A stretch of DNA of 64,000 bases from Isurus oxyrinchus. Lineage: Eukaryota. This document shows positions 1-12,889 of the stretch, one piece after another. Location: assembly GCA_026770705.1 (NCBI GenBank), contig JANJGN010000016.1:87358001-87422000 (forward strand), in the 5' to 3' direction. How positions within the stretch are numbered: the first letter of the stretch is position 1; each line of letters starts with the position of its first letter. The notes under the pieces were generated by a model that saw nothing but the letters and a program-made list of their open reading frames with translations, searched no databases and was not told the DNA's origin. The position numbers were made by a program, and so were the translations under genes.

Positions 1-3000
1 TCTGTGTACTCAGGTACATAACATTTCAACATCCAGTTTCTGTACTTAGGTACATCACATTTCACAATCCAGTCTGTGTACTCAGGTACATCACCCTTCA
101 CAATCCAGTCTGTGTACTCAGGTACATCACATTTCACAATCCAGTCTGTGTACTCTGGTACATCACACTGCACAATCCTGTCTGTGTACTCAGGTATATC
201 ACACTGCACAATCCAGTCTGTGTACTCAGGTACATCACACTTCACAATCCAGTCTGTGTACTCACGTATATCACACTTCACAATCCAGTCTGTGTTCTAA
301 GGTACATCACACATCACAATCCATTCTGTGTACTCAGGTACATCACACTTCACAATTCAGTCTGTGTACTCAGGTACATCACACTTCACAATCCAGTCTG
401 TGTACTCAGGTACATTACACTTCACAATCCAGTCTGTGTACTCAGGTACATCACACTTCACAATCCATTCTGTGTACTCAGGTACATCACACATCACAAT
501 CCAGTCTGTGTACTCAGGTACATCACACTTCACAATCCAGTCTGTGTACTCATGTACATCACATTTCATAATCCAGTCTCTGTACTCAGGTACATCACCC
601 TTCACAATCCAGTCTGTGTACTCAGGTACATCACAGTTCACAATCCAGTCTGTGTACTCAGGTATATCAAACTGCACAATCCTGTCGGTGGACTCAGGTA
701 TATCACACTGCACAATCCAGTCTGTGTACTCAGGTACATCACACTTCACAATCCAGTCTGTGTACTCACGTACATCACAATTCACATTCCAGTCTGTGTA
801 CTCAGGTACATCACTCTTCACAATCCAGTCTGTGTACTCACGTACATCACACTTCACAATCCAGTCTGTGTACTCAGGTACATCACACTTCACAATCCAG
901 TCTGTGTTCTCAGGTACACCACACAGCACAATCCAGTCTGTGTACTCAGGCACGTCACACTTCACAATCCAGTCTCTGTATTCAGGCACGTCACATTTCA
1001 CAATCCAGTCTGTGTACTCAGGTACATCACACTTCACAATCCAGTCTGTGTACTCAGGTATATCACACTGCACAATCCAGTCTGTGTACTCAGGTATATC
1101 ACACTTCACAATCCAGTCTGTGTACTCAGGTACATCACATTTCACAATTCAGTCTGTGTACTCAGGTATATCACACTTCACAATCCAGTCAGTATACTCA
1201 GGTACATCACACTTCACAATCCAGTCTGTGTTCTCAGGAACATCATACTTCACAATCCAGTATGTGTACTCAGGCACGTCACACTTCACAATCCAGTATG
1301 TGTACTCACGTACATCACACTTCACAATCCAGTCTGTGTTCTAAGGTACATCACACATCACAATCCATTCTGTGTACTCAGGTACATCACACTTCACAAT
1401 TCAGTCTGTGTACTCAGGTATATCACACTGCACAATCCAGTCTGTGTACTCAGGTACATCACATTTCACAATCCAATCTGTGTCCTCAGGTATATCACAC
1501 TTCACAATCCAGTCTGTGTACTCAGGTGCATCACACTTCACAATCATGTCTGTGTACTCAGGTACATCACATTTCATAATCCAGTCTCTGTACTCAGGTA
1601 CATCACATTTCACAATCCAGTCTGTGTACTCAGGTACATCACCCTTCACAATCCAGTCTGTGTACTCAGGTACACCACACTTCACAATCCAGTCTGTGTA
1701 CTCAGGTACATCATACTTCACAATCCAGTCTGTGTACTCAGGCACGTCACACTTCACAATCCAGTCTGTAAACCCAGTTACGTCACACTTCACAATCCAG
1801 TCTGTGTACTCAGGTACGTCACACTTCACAATCCAGTCTAAGTACTCAGGTACATCACACTTCACAATCCAGTCTGTGTACTCAGGTATATCACACTGCA
1901 CAATCCAGTCTGTGTTCTCAGGTATATCACACTACACAATCCAGTCTGTGTACTCAGGTACATCACATTTCACAATCCAGTCTGTGTACTCAGGTTCATC
2001 ACACTTCACAATCCAATCTGTGTACTCAGGTACATCAAACTTCACAATCCAGTCTGTGTACTCAGGTACATCACACTACACAATCCAGTCTGTGTACTCA
2101 GGTACGTCACATTTCATAATCCAGTCTCTGTACTCAGGCACGTCACATTTCACAATCCAGTCTGTGTACTCAGGTACATCACACTTCACAATCCAGTATG
2201 TGTACTCAGGTATATCACACTGCACAATCCAGTCTGTTTACACAGGTACATCACACTTCACAATCCAGTCTGTGTACTCAGGAACATCATGCTTCACAAT
2301 CCAGTCTGTGTACTCAGGTACATCATACTTCATAATCCAGTCTGTGTACTCAGGCACGTCACACTTCACAATCCAGTCTGTGTACTCAGGCACGTCACAC
2401 TTCACAATCCAGTCTGTAAACTCAGGTACGTCACACTTCACAATCCAGTCTGTGTACTCAGGTATATCACACTGCACAATCCATCTGTGTACTCAGGTAT
2501 ATCACACTGCACAATCCAGTATGTGTACTCAGGCACGTCACACTTCACAATCCAGTATGTGTACTCAGTCACGTCACACTTCACAATCCTGTCTGTGTAC
2601 TCACGTACGTCACACTTCAGAATCCAGTCTGTGTACTCAGGTCCATCACACTTCACAATCCAGTCTGTGTACTCAGGTACATCACACTTCACAATCCAGT
2701 CTGTGTACTCAGGTACATCACATTTCACAATCCAGTCTGTGTACTCAGGTACATCACATTTCATAATCCAGTCTGTGTACTCAGGTACATCACACTTCAC
2801 AATCCAGTCTGTGTACTCAGGTACATTACACTTCACAATCCAGTCTGTGTACTCACGTACATCAGACTTCACAATCCTGTCTGTGTACTCAGCTACATCA
2901 CACTGCACAATCCAGTCTGTGTACTCAGGTACATCACACTTCACAATACAGTCTGTGCACTCAGGTACATCACACTTCACAATCCAGTCTCTGTATTCAG

Positions 3001-5020
3001 GCACGTCACATTTCACAATCCAGTCTGTGTACTCAGGTACATCACACTTCACAATCCAGTCTGTGTACTCAGGTATATCACACTGCACAATCCAGTCTGT
3101 GTACTCAGGTATATCACACTTCACAATCCAGTCTGTGTACTCAGGTACATCACATTTCACAATCCAATCTGTGTCCTCAGGTATATCACACTTCACAATC
3201 CAGTCTGTGTACTCAGGTGCATCACACTTCACAATCATGTCTGTGTACTCAGGTACATCACATTTCACAATCCAGTCTGTGTACTCAGGTGCATCACACT
3301 TCACAATCATGTCTGTGTACTCAGGTACATCACATTTCACAATCCAGTCTGTGTACTCACGTACATCACACTTCACAATCCAGTCTGTGTACTCAGGTAC
3401 ATCACACTTCACAATCCAGTCTGTGTTCTCAGGTACACCACACAGCACAATCCAGTCTGTGTACTCAGGCACGTCACACTTCACAATCCAGTCTCTGTAT
3501 TCAGGCACGTCACATTTCACAATCCAGTCTGTGTACTCAGGTACATCACACTTCACAATCCAGTCTGTGTACTCAGGTATATCACACTGCACAATCCAGT
3601 CTGTGTACTCAGGTATATCACACTTCACAATCCAGTCTGTGTACTCAGGTACATCACATTTCACAATCCAGTCTGTGTACTCAGGTATATCACACTTCAC
3701 AATCCAGTCTGTGTACTCAGGTACATCACACTTCACAATCCAGTCTGTGTTCTCAGGTACATCATACTTCACAATCCATTATGTGAACTCAGGCACGTCA
3801 CACTTCACAATCCAGTATGTGTACTCACGTACATCACACTTCACAATCCAGTCTGTGTTCTAAGGTACATCACACATCACAATCCATTCTGTGTACTCAG
3901 GTAAATCACACTTCACAATTCAGTCTGTGTACTCAGGTACATCACACTTCACAATCCATTCTGTGTACTCATGTACATCACACTTCACAATCCAGTCTGT
4001 GTTCTAAGGTACATCACACATCACAATCCATTCTGTGTACTCAGGTACATCACACTTCACAATTCAGTCTGTGTACTCAGGTACATCACACTTCACAATC
4101 CAGTCTGTGTACTCAGGTACATTACACTTCACAATCCAGGCTGTGTACTCAGGTACATCACACTTCACAACCCAGTCTGTGTACTCAGGTACATCACACA
4201 TCACAATCCAGTCTGTGTACTCAGGTACATCACACTTCACAATCCAGTCTGTGTACTCAGGTACATCACATTTCATTATCCAGTCTGTGTACTCAGGTAC
4301 ATCACATTTCATAATCCAGTCTCTGTACTCAGGTACATCACATTTCACAATCCAGTCTGTGTACTCAGGTACATCACCCTTCACAATCCAGTCTGTGTAC
4401 TCAGGTACATCACATTTCACAATCCAGTCTGTGTACTCAGGTACATCACACTGCACAATCCTGTCTGTGTACTCAGGTATATCACACTGCACAATCCAGT
4501 CTGTGTACTCAGGTACATCACACTTCACAATCCAGTCTGTGTACTCACGTACATCACACTTCACAATCCAGTCTGTGTTCTAAGGTACATCACACATCAC
4601 AATCCAGTATGTGTACTCATGTACATCACATTTCATAATCCAGTCTCTGTACTCAGGTACATCACATTTCACAATCCAGTCTGTGTACTCAGGTACATCA
4701 CCCTTCACAATCCAGTCTGTGTACTCAGGTACATCACATTTCACAATCCAGTCTGTGTACTCCGGTATATCACACTTCACAATCCTGTCTGTGTACTCAG
4801 GTATATCACACTGCACAATCCAGTCTGTGTACTCAGGTACATCACACTTCACAATCCTGTCTGTGTACTCACGTACATCACACTTCACAATCCAGTCTGA
4901 GTACTCAGGTACATCACACTTCAGAATCCAGTCTGTGTACTCAGGTACATCACACTTCACAATCCAGTCTGTGTACTCAGGTACATCATACTTCACAATC
5001 CAGTCTGTGTACTCAGGTAC
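1..5020 (+). repeat. 36-bp tandem satellite (TCTGTGTACTCAGGTACATCACACTTCACAATCCAG)n, ~140 copies, runs off the left edge
   Basis: Directly visible 36-bp period; produces the 12-aa repeat ORFs in several frames. Confidence 0.98.
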
Positions 5021-6476
5021 ACCACCGCTGTCCTCACACTGATCTGAAGCTCCAGTTCCGGTTCCTCGAGGGACCAGTGTTTTGTGAGCACCTCATTCGT
5101 GAGTCACACCCCCAAATACTCTGCTCCTGCCTTAGGTGTTGGTGAAAATTGCTACTGGAAGTTTCTGTGTAGACACGGCCTCCTGCTGAGTTCCCGTCTC
5201 ACCCTGCTCGGTGCAATGGACTGGGAACATGTGGTGTACCCTGAGAACTTGCAGCAAATAACAATGTCTTCCCCACATGCAGCATCTCTTCCTGTATCTT
5301 CACCAACTTGAAACAACTCCTCCAAACACCCAGTCCTTCCACAAACTCAATCAGAACCAGGAGAAAGTCAGCAGGAACTCAACTGCAGGTTGTTGATGGT
5401 CCCTTTAAATCTCACTGGTCTCTGGATCCCTCACACTGCTGAACCTGTACCAAATCTGCTTTACAATCTGACTGAGCTCACCATCTGCTGACTCTGTATC
5501 CTTCCGGAACACGCCTGTAACACGTGTGTTAATGCCCCTTCACCACGATGGGGTCCACTGTGGCCCAGACTGGAAGTGGGAAGAAACCTGCAGCCGCCAT
5601 TTTGTTTCCATCGGGTTCCTGTCGTGTCGAAATTCCCGGGGTTATGGAGGCAAAATTTGTGGTCATCGTATTCACTGAACGTATAATCTTGTTTTATAGA
5701 TTTTAAAGTCATTACTTGGTCGGGTTTAGCTGATAGGAGGATTCACTGAACTGTTTCTGGGTAAACTTACCCCTGCCGCTTCTCCTTGTGCGGTGATCGT
5801 CTCTTTGTGATTTTTTTCTCCTGTTCCAGTCGCCTCTCTCAGCAGCTGCTCTGTCACGTTTCAGTTTAAACCCTGAGGGTGTCTCCCATACTCTCCTCTC
5901 TCTCTCTCTCTCTCTCTCGAATATCCGAACCTGTTTATATCCCTTTGCAGTCTCTTTGTATCCTCCTCACAGCTTACTTTCCCAACCAGCTTTTTATTGA
6001 CAGTAGCCCTGACTGTGGGTGGAATTTTCTGTGCCGTGAGTGAACAATATGGCGAGAAGGCCAGAAATAGGCTTCACCACACCTTGAAACCAATTTGCGA
6101 TCGTCCGCTCAGCTGGTCAGTGGCGGGCTGCGTCTCCCACCATCGGACGTTGGGAGCCTCATTGTAACACATCTGCTATCAGAATAAGGCCAGCCCACCG
6201 GAATCATCCCCCCCGCACCCTCCCCTGGGCTGGATCGTCCACCCCCCTTGGCGTGATTGTGAGCTGCCGTCTTTCACAACAGCTTGTGCTTGGCGGGCTG
6301 CTCTCTGAGGGGGACGGGGAGGGGAGTTCCCAGTAACATTGTGCAGCACTCGCCAGGGGGGCCTGTTGGGCTTCAAGGGTGAGGCAGGTTGATGGGGGGT
6401 CAAGGGCGGCCCTGAAGCTGAGGCGACTTTGCAGGAGACAAAGGTTTGCCTCGTGACTGCGGCAGTTTGTGTGGCC

Positions 6477-7010
6477 AGGGGGCGGGGCCGTGGGGCGGGG
6501 CCGTGGGGCGGGGCTGGGGCCAGAGGGGGCGGGGCTCTGGGGCGGGGCTGGGGCCAGAGGGGGCGGGGCCGTGGGGCGGGGCTGTGGGGCGGGGCTGGGG
6601 CCAGTGGGTTCGGGGCTGTGGTCAGAGGGGGCGGGGCCAGGGGCCAGAGGGGCGGGCCCAGAGGGGAAGGGACCAGAGGGGCGGGGCTTGGATGCAGAGG
6701 GGAGGGGCCAGAGCCTGGGGCAGGAAGGGTGGTGCTTGGATGGGCAGCGCAGGGCCTGGGGGTGAAGGACCGGAGTTTTGGGTGGGTCTTGGAGGGGGCT
6801 AGGCCTCGGGGCCCGAGGGGAGGGGCCAGAGGTGGGCCGGGCTTGCGGTGGGCCTGCTGATGGAGGTGCGGCCTGGAATGGGGGCGTGGCCTGTGTCAAG
6901 GCAAGAGGTGGGGGCGGGGAGGCAGGGGGGAGTGGAGGGGCAAAAGGGTGCGGGGCCTGTGGACGGGGGGGCAGTACCTGGAGTGGGGTGGGGGTGGGGC
7001 CTGGGGGCGG
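6477..7010 (+). repeat. G-rich low-complexity tract of GGGGCGGGGC motifs inside the Harbinger element
   Basis: Repeated ggggcggggc(c/t)gtg and gggccagaggg motifs. Confidence 0.9.
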
Positions 7011-7899
7011 CGCCAGTTGTGAGGGGCAGCCTCTTTCAATGTTTGGGCCAGTCTCTCCCATGGTCCAAGCTAACAGAGCAGCCTTGCCGTGCGGGTTAGG
7101 TGAATGTCTGTGTCTGAGCTGAGAGCACAGCCTGCAGTCCAATGGGCAAAGCTGCCGCCAATCGGTCAGGTGCGGTGGGGCGGAGGAGGGTGGGGTTTCG
7201 GGCAGCCAATCAGGACACTAATCTCTGGCCACCCAAGTGGTGGACAGCACTCACCGGGATGTGTTAAGGGGCCTTCAGACTTAACCAGGACAGGTTCTTA
7301 GTGCACCCATGTTAACCACGTCTCTCTCTCTCTCATCCTGCAGGAGGAGTACATCAGGAGCATGGATCATATACATATAGCTTATATGTCTGGTTAAATA
7401 TAGACATGCAGATTGCAGCAGCTTATACATTTTTATACCCAAACTAGGATCTAAACGCACACCCACTAGGTTTCTCTGCCACTCCCTGAGTGGTCACAGA
7501 ATATAAAAGCTAATCCCCGAAAAGGAGAGCTGACGCTGGCCAGGCTTTCCGTTCTCTCTCTCTTTCACTGTCATCTCTACGTTGCTGACGTAGGTTCTTC
7601 CATTTCCGCGATGGTTGGTCTCCGGAGTCTTTGCTGGCTCCAGGCTCCAGATTCTCCATTCTTATTCTGCATCTTATCCCTCCAAGCTGTGCTGTCTCTC
7701 TCTCCCGTTGCTTTAGGCTTGCTCGCCTAGTCTGTGCTTCTCCTTATTGGCTCTATCCCAAGGACTTAGGTAGCATTACCTCATTACCCCTTTTCTAAAT
7801 AAGGACTTGTGTCTTATCACATTTCCCTTGTTTTTCACAAAACTCAGCTAATTCAAACCAGTTCCAGCCAGCTCAGGCCTGCGACTGAACTCAGGTTAC

Positions 7900-8260
7900 T
7901 TCAGTTCAAAAGGTTTTTGCCTGTGTCAGCAGTTCGGCTACAGCCCCTGGCCAACACTTGGTTTCTGTCGACGTTGACAAAATTCTGGCCTTTGCAAAAA
8001 TGGCGTCTGTGATTCCTGGATACATTTGTGGGCGGACTCTTGGGAGGTGCCACTGGGATCCCCAGTGGAGCCCTGGAAGGAACCACTGCCTTAGAAGTTT
8101 TACTTTCACAGCCACTGGCAATGGATGCCTTTCCAGTCCCCGTGGCACCAAGTCCTGCAGAACGGGGCAAATGTCAGTCACCAGATGCCAGGACATGTGG
8201 AGGCGTCTGTGACACAGGGTCTCACTCATCTGCAGATAACACATGTGATGTCTATACGCC
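7900..8260 (-). pseudogene. HARBI1-like Harbinger transposase fragment, frameshifted
   Basis: Minus strand LQMSETLCHRRLHMS..HPLPVAVKV, then in another frame GSFQGSTGD..SQESAHKCIQ, typical of the N-terminal region of Harbinger transposases. Confidence 0.7.
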
Positions 8261-8680
8261 CTGGGTCCAGCAAGATGCCTGCAAACTACTGCTCCCTGAG
8301 GATCATCCTCTAAACTAAGGGAACAATCATTGCCACTTTGAGGGGTCAGTGTTGCTTAAATGGGCATCATTGCTTCACTTTCCTGACTCTCCACATGACA
8401 ACTGAACAGCTGCTAACCTGTCTCTGCTGTGACTCTCTCCTCAGTTTGGAACCATCAATTCAGTTGGCTGGCCCTTTAGTGCCCTCCCTACCCCCACCCC
8501 CTCAGTCATGTGTCTCAGTGCAGCCTTCCCCAGTCATTGTCCCCAATGGAGCCTTTACCCTGCAGCCCCTTCCCTTCCCTCAGTCCTGTCTGGCGCCTCC
8601 CCCAATGGATCCCTTGTCCTGCAGCACAGTAACAGTGCCCCCCTCCCTCCCCCCTTAACCCTGCTGTCGTACCTGCTTTG

Positions 8681-9742
8681 AGACAGAGAAACATAGAAAA
8701 TAGGAGCAGGAGCAGGTCATTCAGTCCTTCCACTCTGCTCCACCATTCAATATGACCATAACTGACCCTTTATCTCAACACCATTCTCCTGCTCTCTCTC
8801 CATACCCCCTGATACCTTTAGAGTCCAGAAATCTATCTATTTCCTTCTTAAATATATTCAGTGACTTGGCCCCCACAGCCTCTGTGGTGGAGAATTCCAC
8901 AGGTTCACCAGCCTCTGAGTGAAGCAGTTTCTCCTCATCTCAGTCCTAAATGGTCTACCCTGTATCCTGAGATTGTGACCCCTTGTTCTAGACTCCCCTC
9001 CCCAGAGAGAGGAAACATCATCCCTGCGCCCAGTCTGTCCAGCCCTGTCAGAATTTTATACGTTTCAATGAAATCTCCTCTCATTCTTCTAATCTCCAGT
9101 GAATACAGGCCTAGTCGGCCCAATCTCTCCTCATACAACAATCCTGCCATCCCAGGAATCAGTCTGGTGAACCTTTGCTGCACTCCCTTTGTGGCAAGTA
9201 TATCCTTTCTTAGTTAAGGAAACCAGAACTGCACATGATACTCCAGGTGTGGTCTCACCAAGGCCCTGTACAGCTGCAGTAAGACATCCTTGCTCATGTA
9301 CTCTTGTCCTCTCACAAGGAAGGCCAACACACTATTTGCCTTTTCACCTGCTTGCTACACCTGCATGCTTGCTTTCAGTGATTGGTGTACAAGGACACCC
9401 AGGTCCCTTTGTACATCAACATTTCCCAATCTATCACCATTTAAATAATACTCTGCCATTCTGTTTGTCCTGCTGAAGTGGATAACTTCACACTTACCCA
9501 CGTTACACTGCACCTGCCATGTATTTGTCCACTCACTCAACCCGTCCAAATCACCTTGAAGCCTCTTAACACCCTCCTCATCGCTCACAATCCCACCAAG
9601 TTTCATGTTGTCAGCAAACTTGGGAATATTACATTTGGGTTCCCTCATCCAAAGCATTGATATATATAGTGAATAGCTGGGGCCCAAGCACTGATCCCTG
9701 CCAAACCCCACTAGTCACCGCCTGCCACTCCGAAAAAGACCC
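8681..9742 (-). mobile_element. 5'-truncated CR1 LINE (3' part of ORF2 and 3' UTR) nested in the Harbinger element
   Basis: KFADNMKLGG..LQGDLDGLSEW..KCEVIHF..RDLGVLV; QRFTRLIPGM..YEERLGRLGLYSLE.RRMRGD. Confidence 0.9.
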
Positions 9743-10499
9743 AGAAGAGACCCTCCTGAAGCTGATGTGGTGCAGCCTGTGAAGTCTGGCACTGACCCTG
9801 GTGAGCTCACCTCGGGGTCAGGAATGAAGTGCAGCTTTCCAGCTCCACCTGGTTTCAATCCTGTTGTGAAACACGTGGTTCTAACCGCACGCTGACGTGG
9901 GCTCTCATCCAGGGTGGAGGGATGATTCCGGCGAGCAGGAGTCATAATGAGATGCTGATTTATGCTAATGACATTCACAATCCTCAGCGGTGGGAAACGT
10001 GTCCCACCATTGAGGGCTGAAGCGAACAATCACTTCCTCGTTTTACATGGTGGTAAAGGCGGTTTTGGGCCTTCTGGTCAGATTGAGTCCTCGCTCCCAC
10101 CATGACACCCGCCACCACTGGGAGCAGGAAATCCCGGCCAAAGACTTTGGAGAGGAAAGGGAGGTTAGTGATGGGGTGGGAGTTTACAAGGACTGATTGG
10201 TTGAGTGTGGGTTTGTTGAGGAGATGGTGATGATGGTGATTTTGAGAGCGAAGGGGTCAGTACGTGTGGAGGGGCTGACCCTCTGGTACCTGAACTCTCC
10301 CAGTGAAGCTTTCCCTCTGTTACTTTATCTCTCTTGTCATGGCACCCAGTTGGAATCTGAATAATTCCAATGGATTTCCCTGTTTTCCCTTGTTTTACAG
10401 ATTATTCCAAACAGATTACCCTCTGAGTAAATAATATTTACCTGATCAATGTTGTAATTTTACTCTCACTGCTTTCCATTAACGTCATCAGCTTTTCCC

Positions 10500-11495
10500 A
10501 CATAATCAGAGAATCACACAGCACTGAAGGAGGCCATTCAGCCCCTCGGGTCTGTTCTAGCTCTTTGAAAGAGTGATCCAATTAGATCCACTGCCCTTCT
10601 CTTTCCCCATTGGCCTGTAATTTCTCCCTTTGAGTTTTTCTCCAATTGCCTTTTGCAAGTTATTCTTGAATCAGCTTCCAACGCCCTTCCAGACAGTGAG
10701 TTCCAGATCAGGACAATGTTAATGACATTCAATCTGTGACCTCTCCTGTCACTGGAAACAGTTTCTCCCGATTTACTTTATTAAAATTCCTCATAATTTA
10801 GACAATTTGTATCCTGGGATGGGAAATGAGGTACAGTAAAGTGAGGGAGTCTGGGAGACAAACACAGGAAGACATTAATAAACTTGCAGAATGGGCACTG
10901 AATTGGGGAATAACTTTCAACATTGAGAAGACAGAAGCTTTACATTTGGCTCGGAAGATTAGGGAGGAGACCAACTCCTTGAAAATAAGTCTCTAAATGT
11001 GGTCGAGAAACAGAGGGATCTGAGAGTGCAGACACATAAATCCCTAAGAGCAGTGAGACAGGTTAGTAAAGTCACAAAAGAATCATATCAAGCACTCGGG
11101 TCTATTTCTAAAGGGATCGAATTGAAACACAGAGGGTTTATGTGAAACTGGTATAGAATCTTGGTTAGACCACACTTGACGTACTGTTTCTGGTCTCCAT
11201 ATTAAGAAAAGGATACAAAGACACTGGAGAAGGTAGAAAAGTGAGTGACACAATGAGGATAGAGTCATCAGTCTGGGGTCCTCTTCTCTGGGAATGAAAT
11301 GACTGAGAGGGGAGCTGACAGATGTCTTTAAGGTGATGAAGGGATTTGATAGGGTGATGTAGAGAAGATGCTTCCAATTGTGGGTGGGACCTAAACTACC
11401 AGGCGTGAATAAAAGATAAACACCAAAAATCTAATTGGGAATTCAGGAGAAATATTGTCACTTAGAGAGTGGTTAGAATGTGGAACTCACTGTCA
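10500..11495. mobile_element. Two old CR1 LINE fragments (minus-strand 3' end ~10500-10800; plus-strand ORF2 remnant ~10820-11495)
   Basis: Degenerate ORF2 C-terminal motifs (WNSLSGR on minus; RVVRMWNSL on plus) and a CR1-type tail gaaggaggccattcagccc. Confidence 0.7.
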
Positions 11496-11517
11496 CTGAT
11501 AAACAAGAGATAGTATG

Positions 11518-12606
11518 TGTTATAGAGTTGATCATCAGGCAACTTTTCTTGGTGGAAACATTTGACTTTATTTACAAGAGGACAGCAGCAACTATACATC
11601 TGCATCAAGCTCCATTACTACAGAAGTACTCTCTCTCTCTCTTTCTGTGTGGAGGTTGCCTGCGCTAATCACACATTGGTTTACACACTTCATGTGATCT
11701 TACAGTACACGGTTATTCTTAAAGATGCAGTCCAACATTTCCCAAAACTATAACCACGACATTCCTCCCCCTCTAACTTTTCTGTACATTTTGTATTTAC
11801 AAGGACATTTATCTCATGACATTACAATATTTACACAGGTCATGAAATTACAAGTTCAGCCTTTCAGGTGGTTTCCTGATCCGTGTGGAACATCACAGCT
11901 CCACGCCTTCAGATTCTTTTGCAGGAACCACGTCCTCTGGAACCGCATTAATATCAGGTACCTCATTAGACACATGCAGTTCAGTGTCTCCCACTCCGAC
12001 AGAGACATCGGCCATGTCTGCCCTAGGTTGAACAAATTCAACAGGAACCAGTGGTTCGGTAATGACTATCGGTGGAACAATGTCCTATTGTTTTATTTCT
12101 CCTATTACAGTGGTAAATTGCAGGTTTTTTCTCCTACAAGTACTCAGGAGGATCACTCTCCTCTTCTCTTCCTCTGTGATTTTGTTTGCTTGAAAGAAGA
12201 ACTCAAGACATTATATATATTGTGACCAATCATCAGTGGCTGGCTCAAAGGGATCGATTCTGAAAAACTGGCATTTTGAATGCATATACCTGCTGTTATT
12301 TCAAACAAACATAGAGATTCACAATCGCTGGGTGAGGTACAGAACCAATTCTGATTTATCCTCATCGCCAGTTTGTTATAGAGTTGATCTTCAGGCAACT
12401 TTCCTTCGTGGAAACATTTGACTTTGTTTACAGGACAGAGCAGCAGCAAATACCTGTGAGCATCCAACAACACGACGACAGAAGTACTCTCTCTGTACAC
12501 GTTCCCATGCTGCTAGCACACTGGTTTAGAGAGATCATGTGATCTTATAGCATGGGATTATTCTTATAGCTGCAGTCCAACAATCACCAAATTTATCATC
12601 ACCAAA
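11518..12606 (-). mobile_element. Internally deleted Gypsy-type LTR retrotransposon (LTRs ~11518-11761 and ~12374-12606)
   Basis: Two diverged ~240-bp direct repeats; the 3' LTR has TGT..ACA ends; minus-strand PBS-like TGGCGATGAGGA after the 5' LTR; PPT AAAAGTTAGAGGGGGAGGAA before the 3' LTR; pol C-terminus STRIRKPPERLNL*; flanks GTATG/GCATG resemble a 5-bp TSD. Confidence 0.8.
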
Positions 12607-12889
12607 GCATGAGTGTAAATTCACAGCTTTTATTACTGTTTATTTGGATGGAAAAAAATGCAAAACAAAGTTAATTATTGTTTAGTCAATCCTGTCTGTT
12701 TTTAATTGTACAATATTTAAGAACAACTCACTCCCTGGAGAGCTCATGTAAATACTGAGCCCCTCCTGGAGCCCAATGTTATGAGAGGGAAACAAAGGAA
12801 ATTCAGAACGAACGGTTCAAGAGAGAAACTCGGCAGCTTTAATTCAGAGGGGCATGATCTCACAATGTTGTTAGGTACTGAACACAAAA

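Larger units (their letters stand above)
6017..10139 (-). mobile_element. Decayed PIF/Harbinger-like DNA transposon with ~200-bp degenerate terminal inverted repeats
   Basis: Left end GGGTGGAATTTTC..CCGGAATCATCC (6017-6210) is an imperfect inverted copy of GGATGATTCCGG..GGAAATCCCGGCC (~9920-10139); internal transposase remnant on the minus strand. Confidence 0.65.

Noticed and set aside
76-5042. Long ORFs of 12-aa repeats as a repeat protein, or the array as CRISPR (36-bp unit)
   Set aside because: Head-to-tail monomers with no spacers and no cas genes; open in several frames on both strands because the unit is 36 bp and stop-poor
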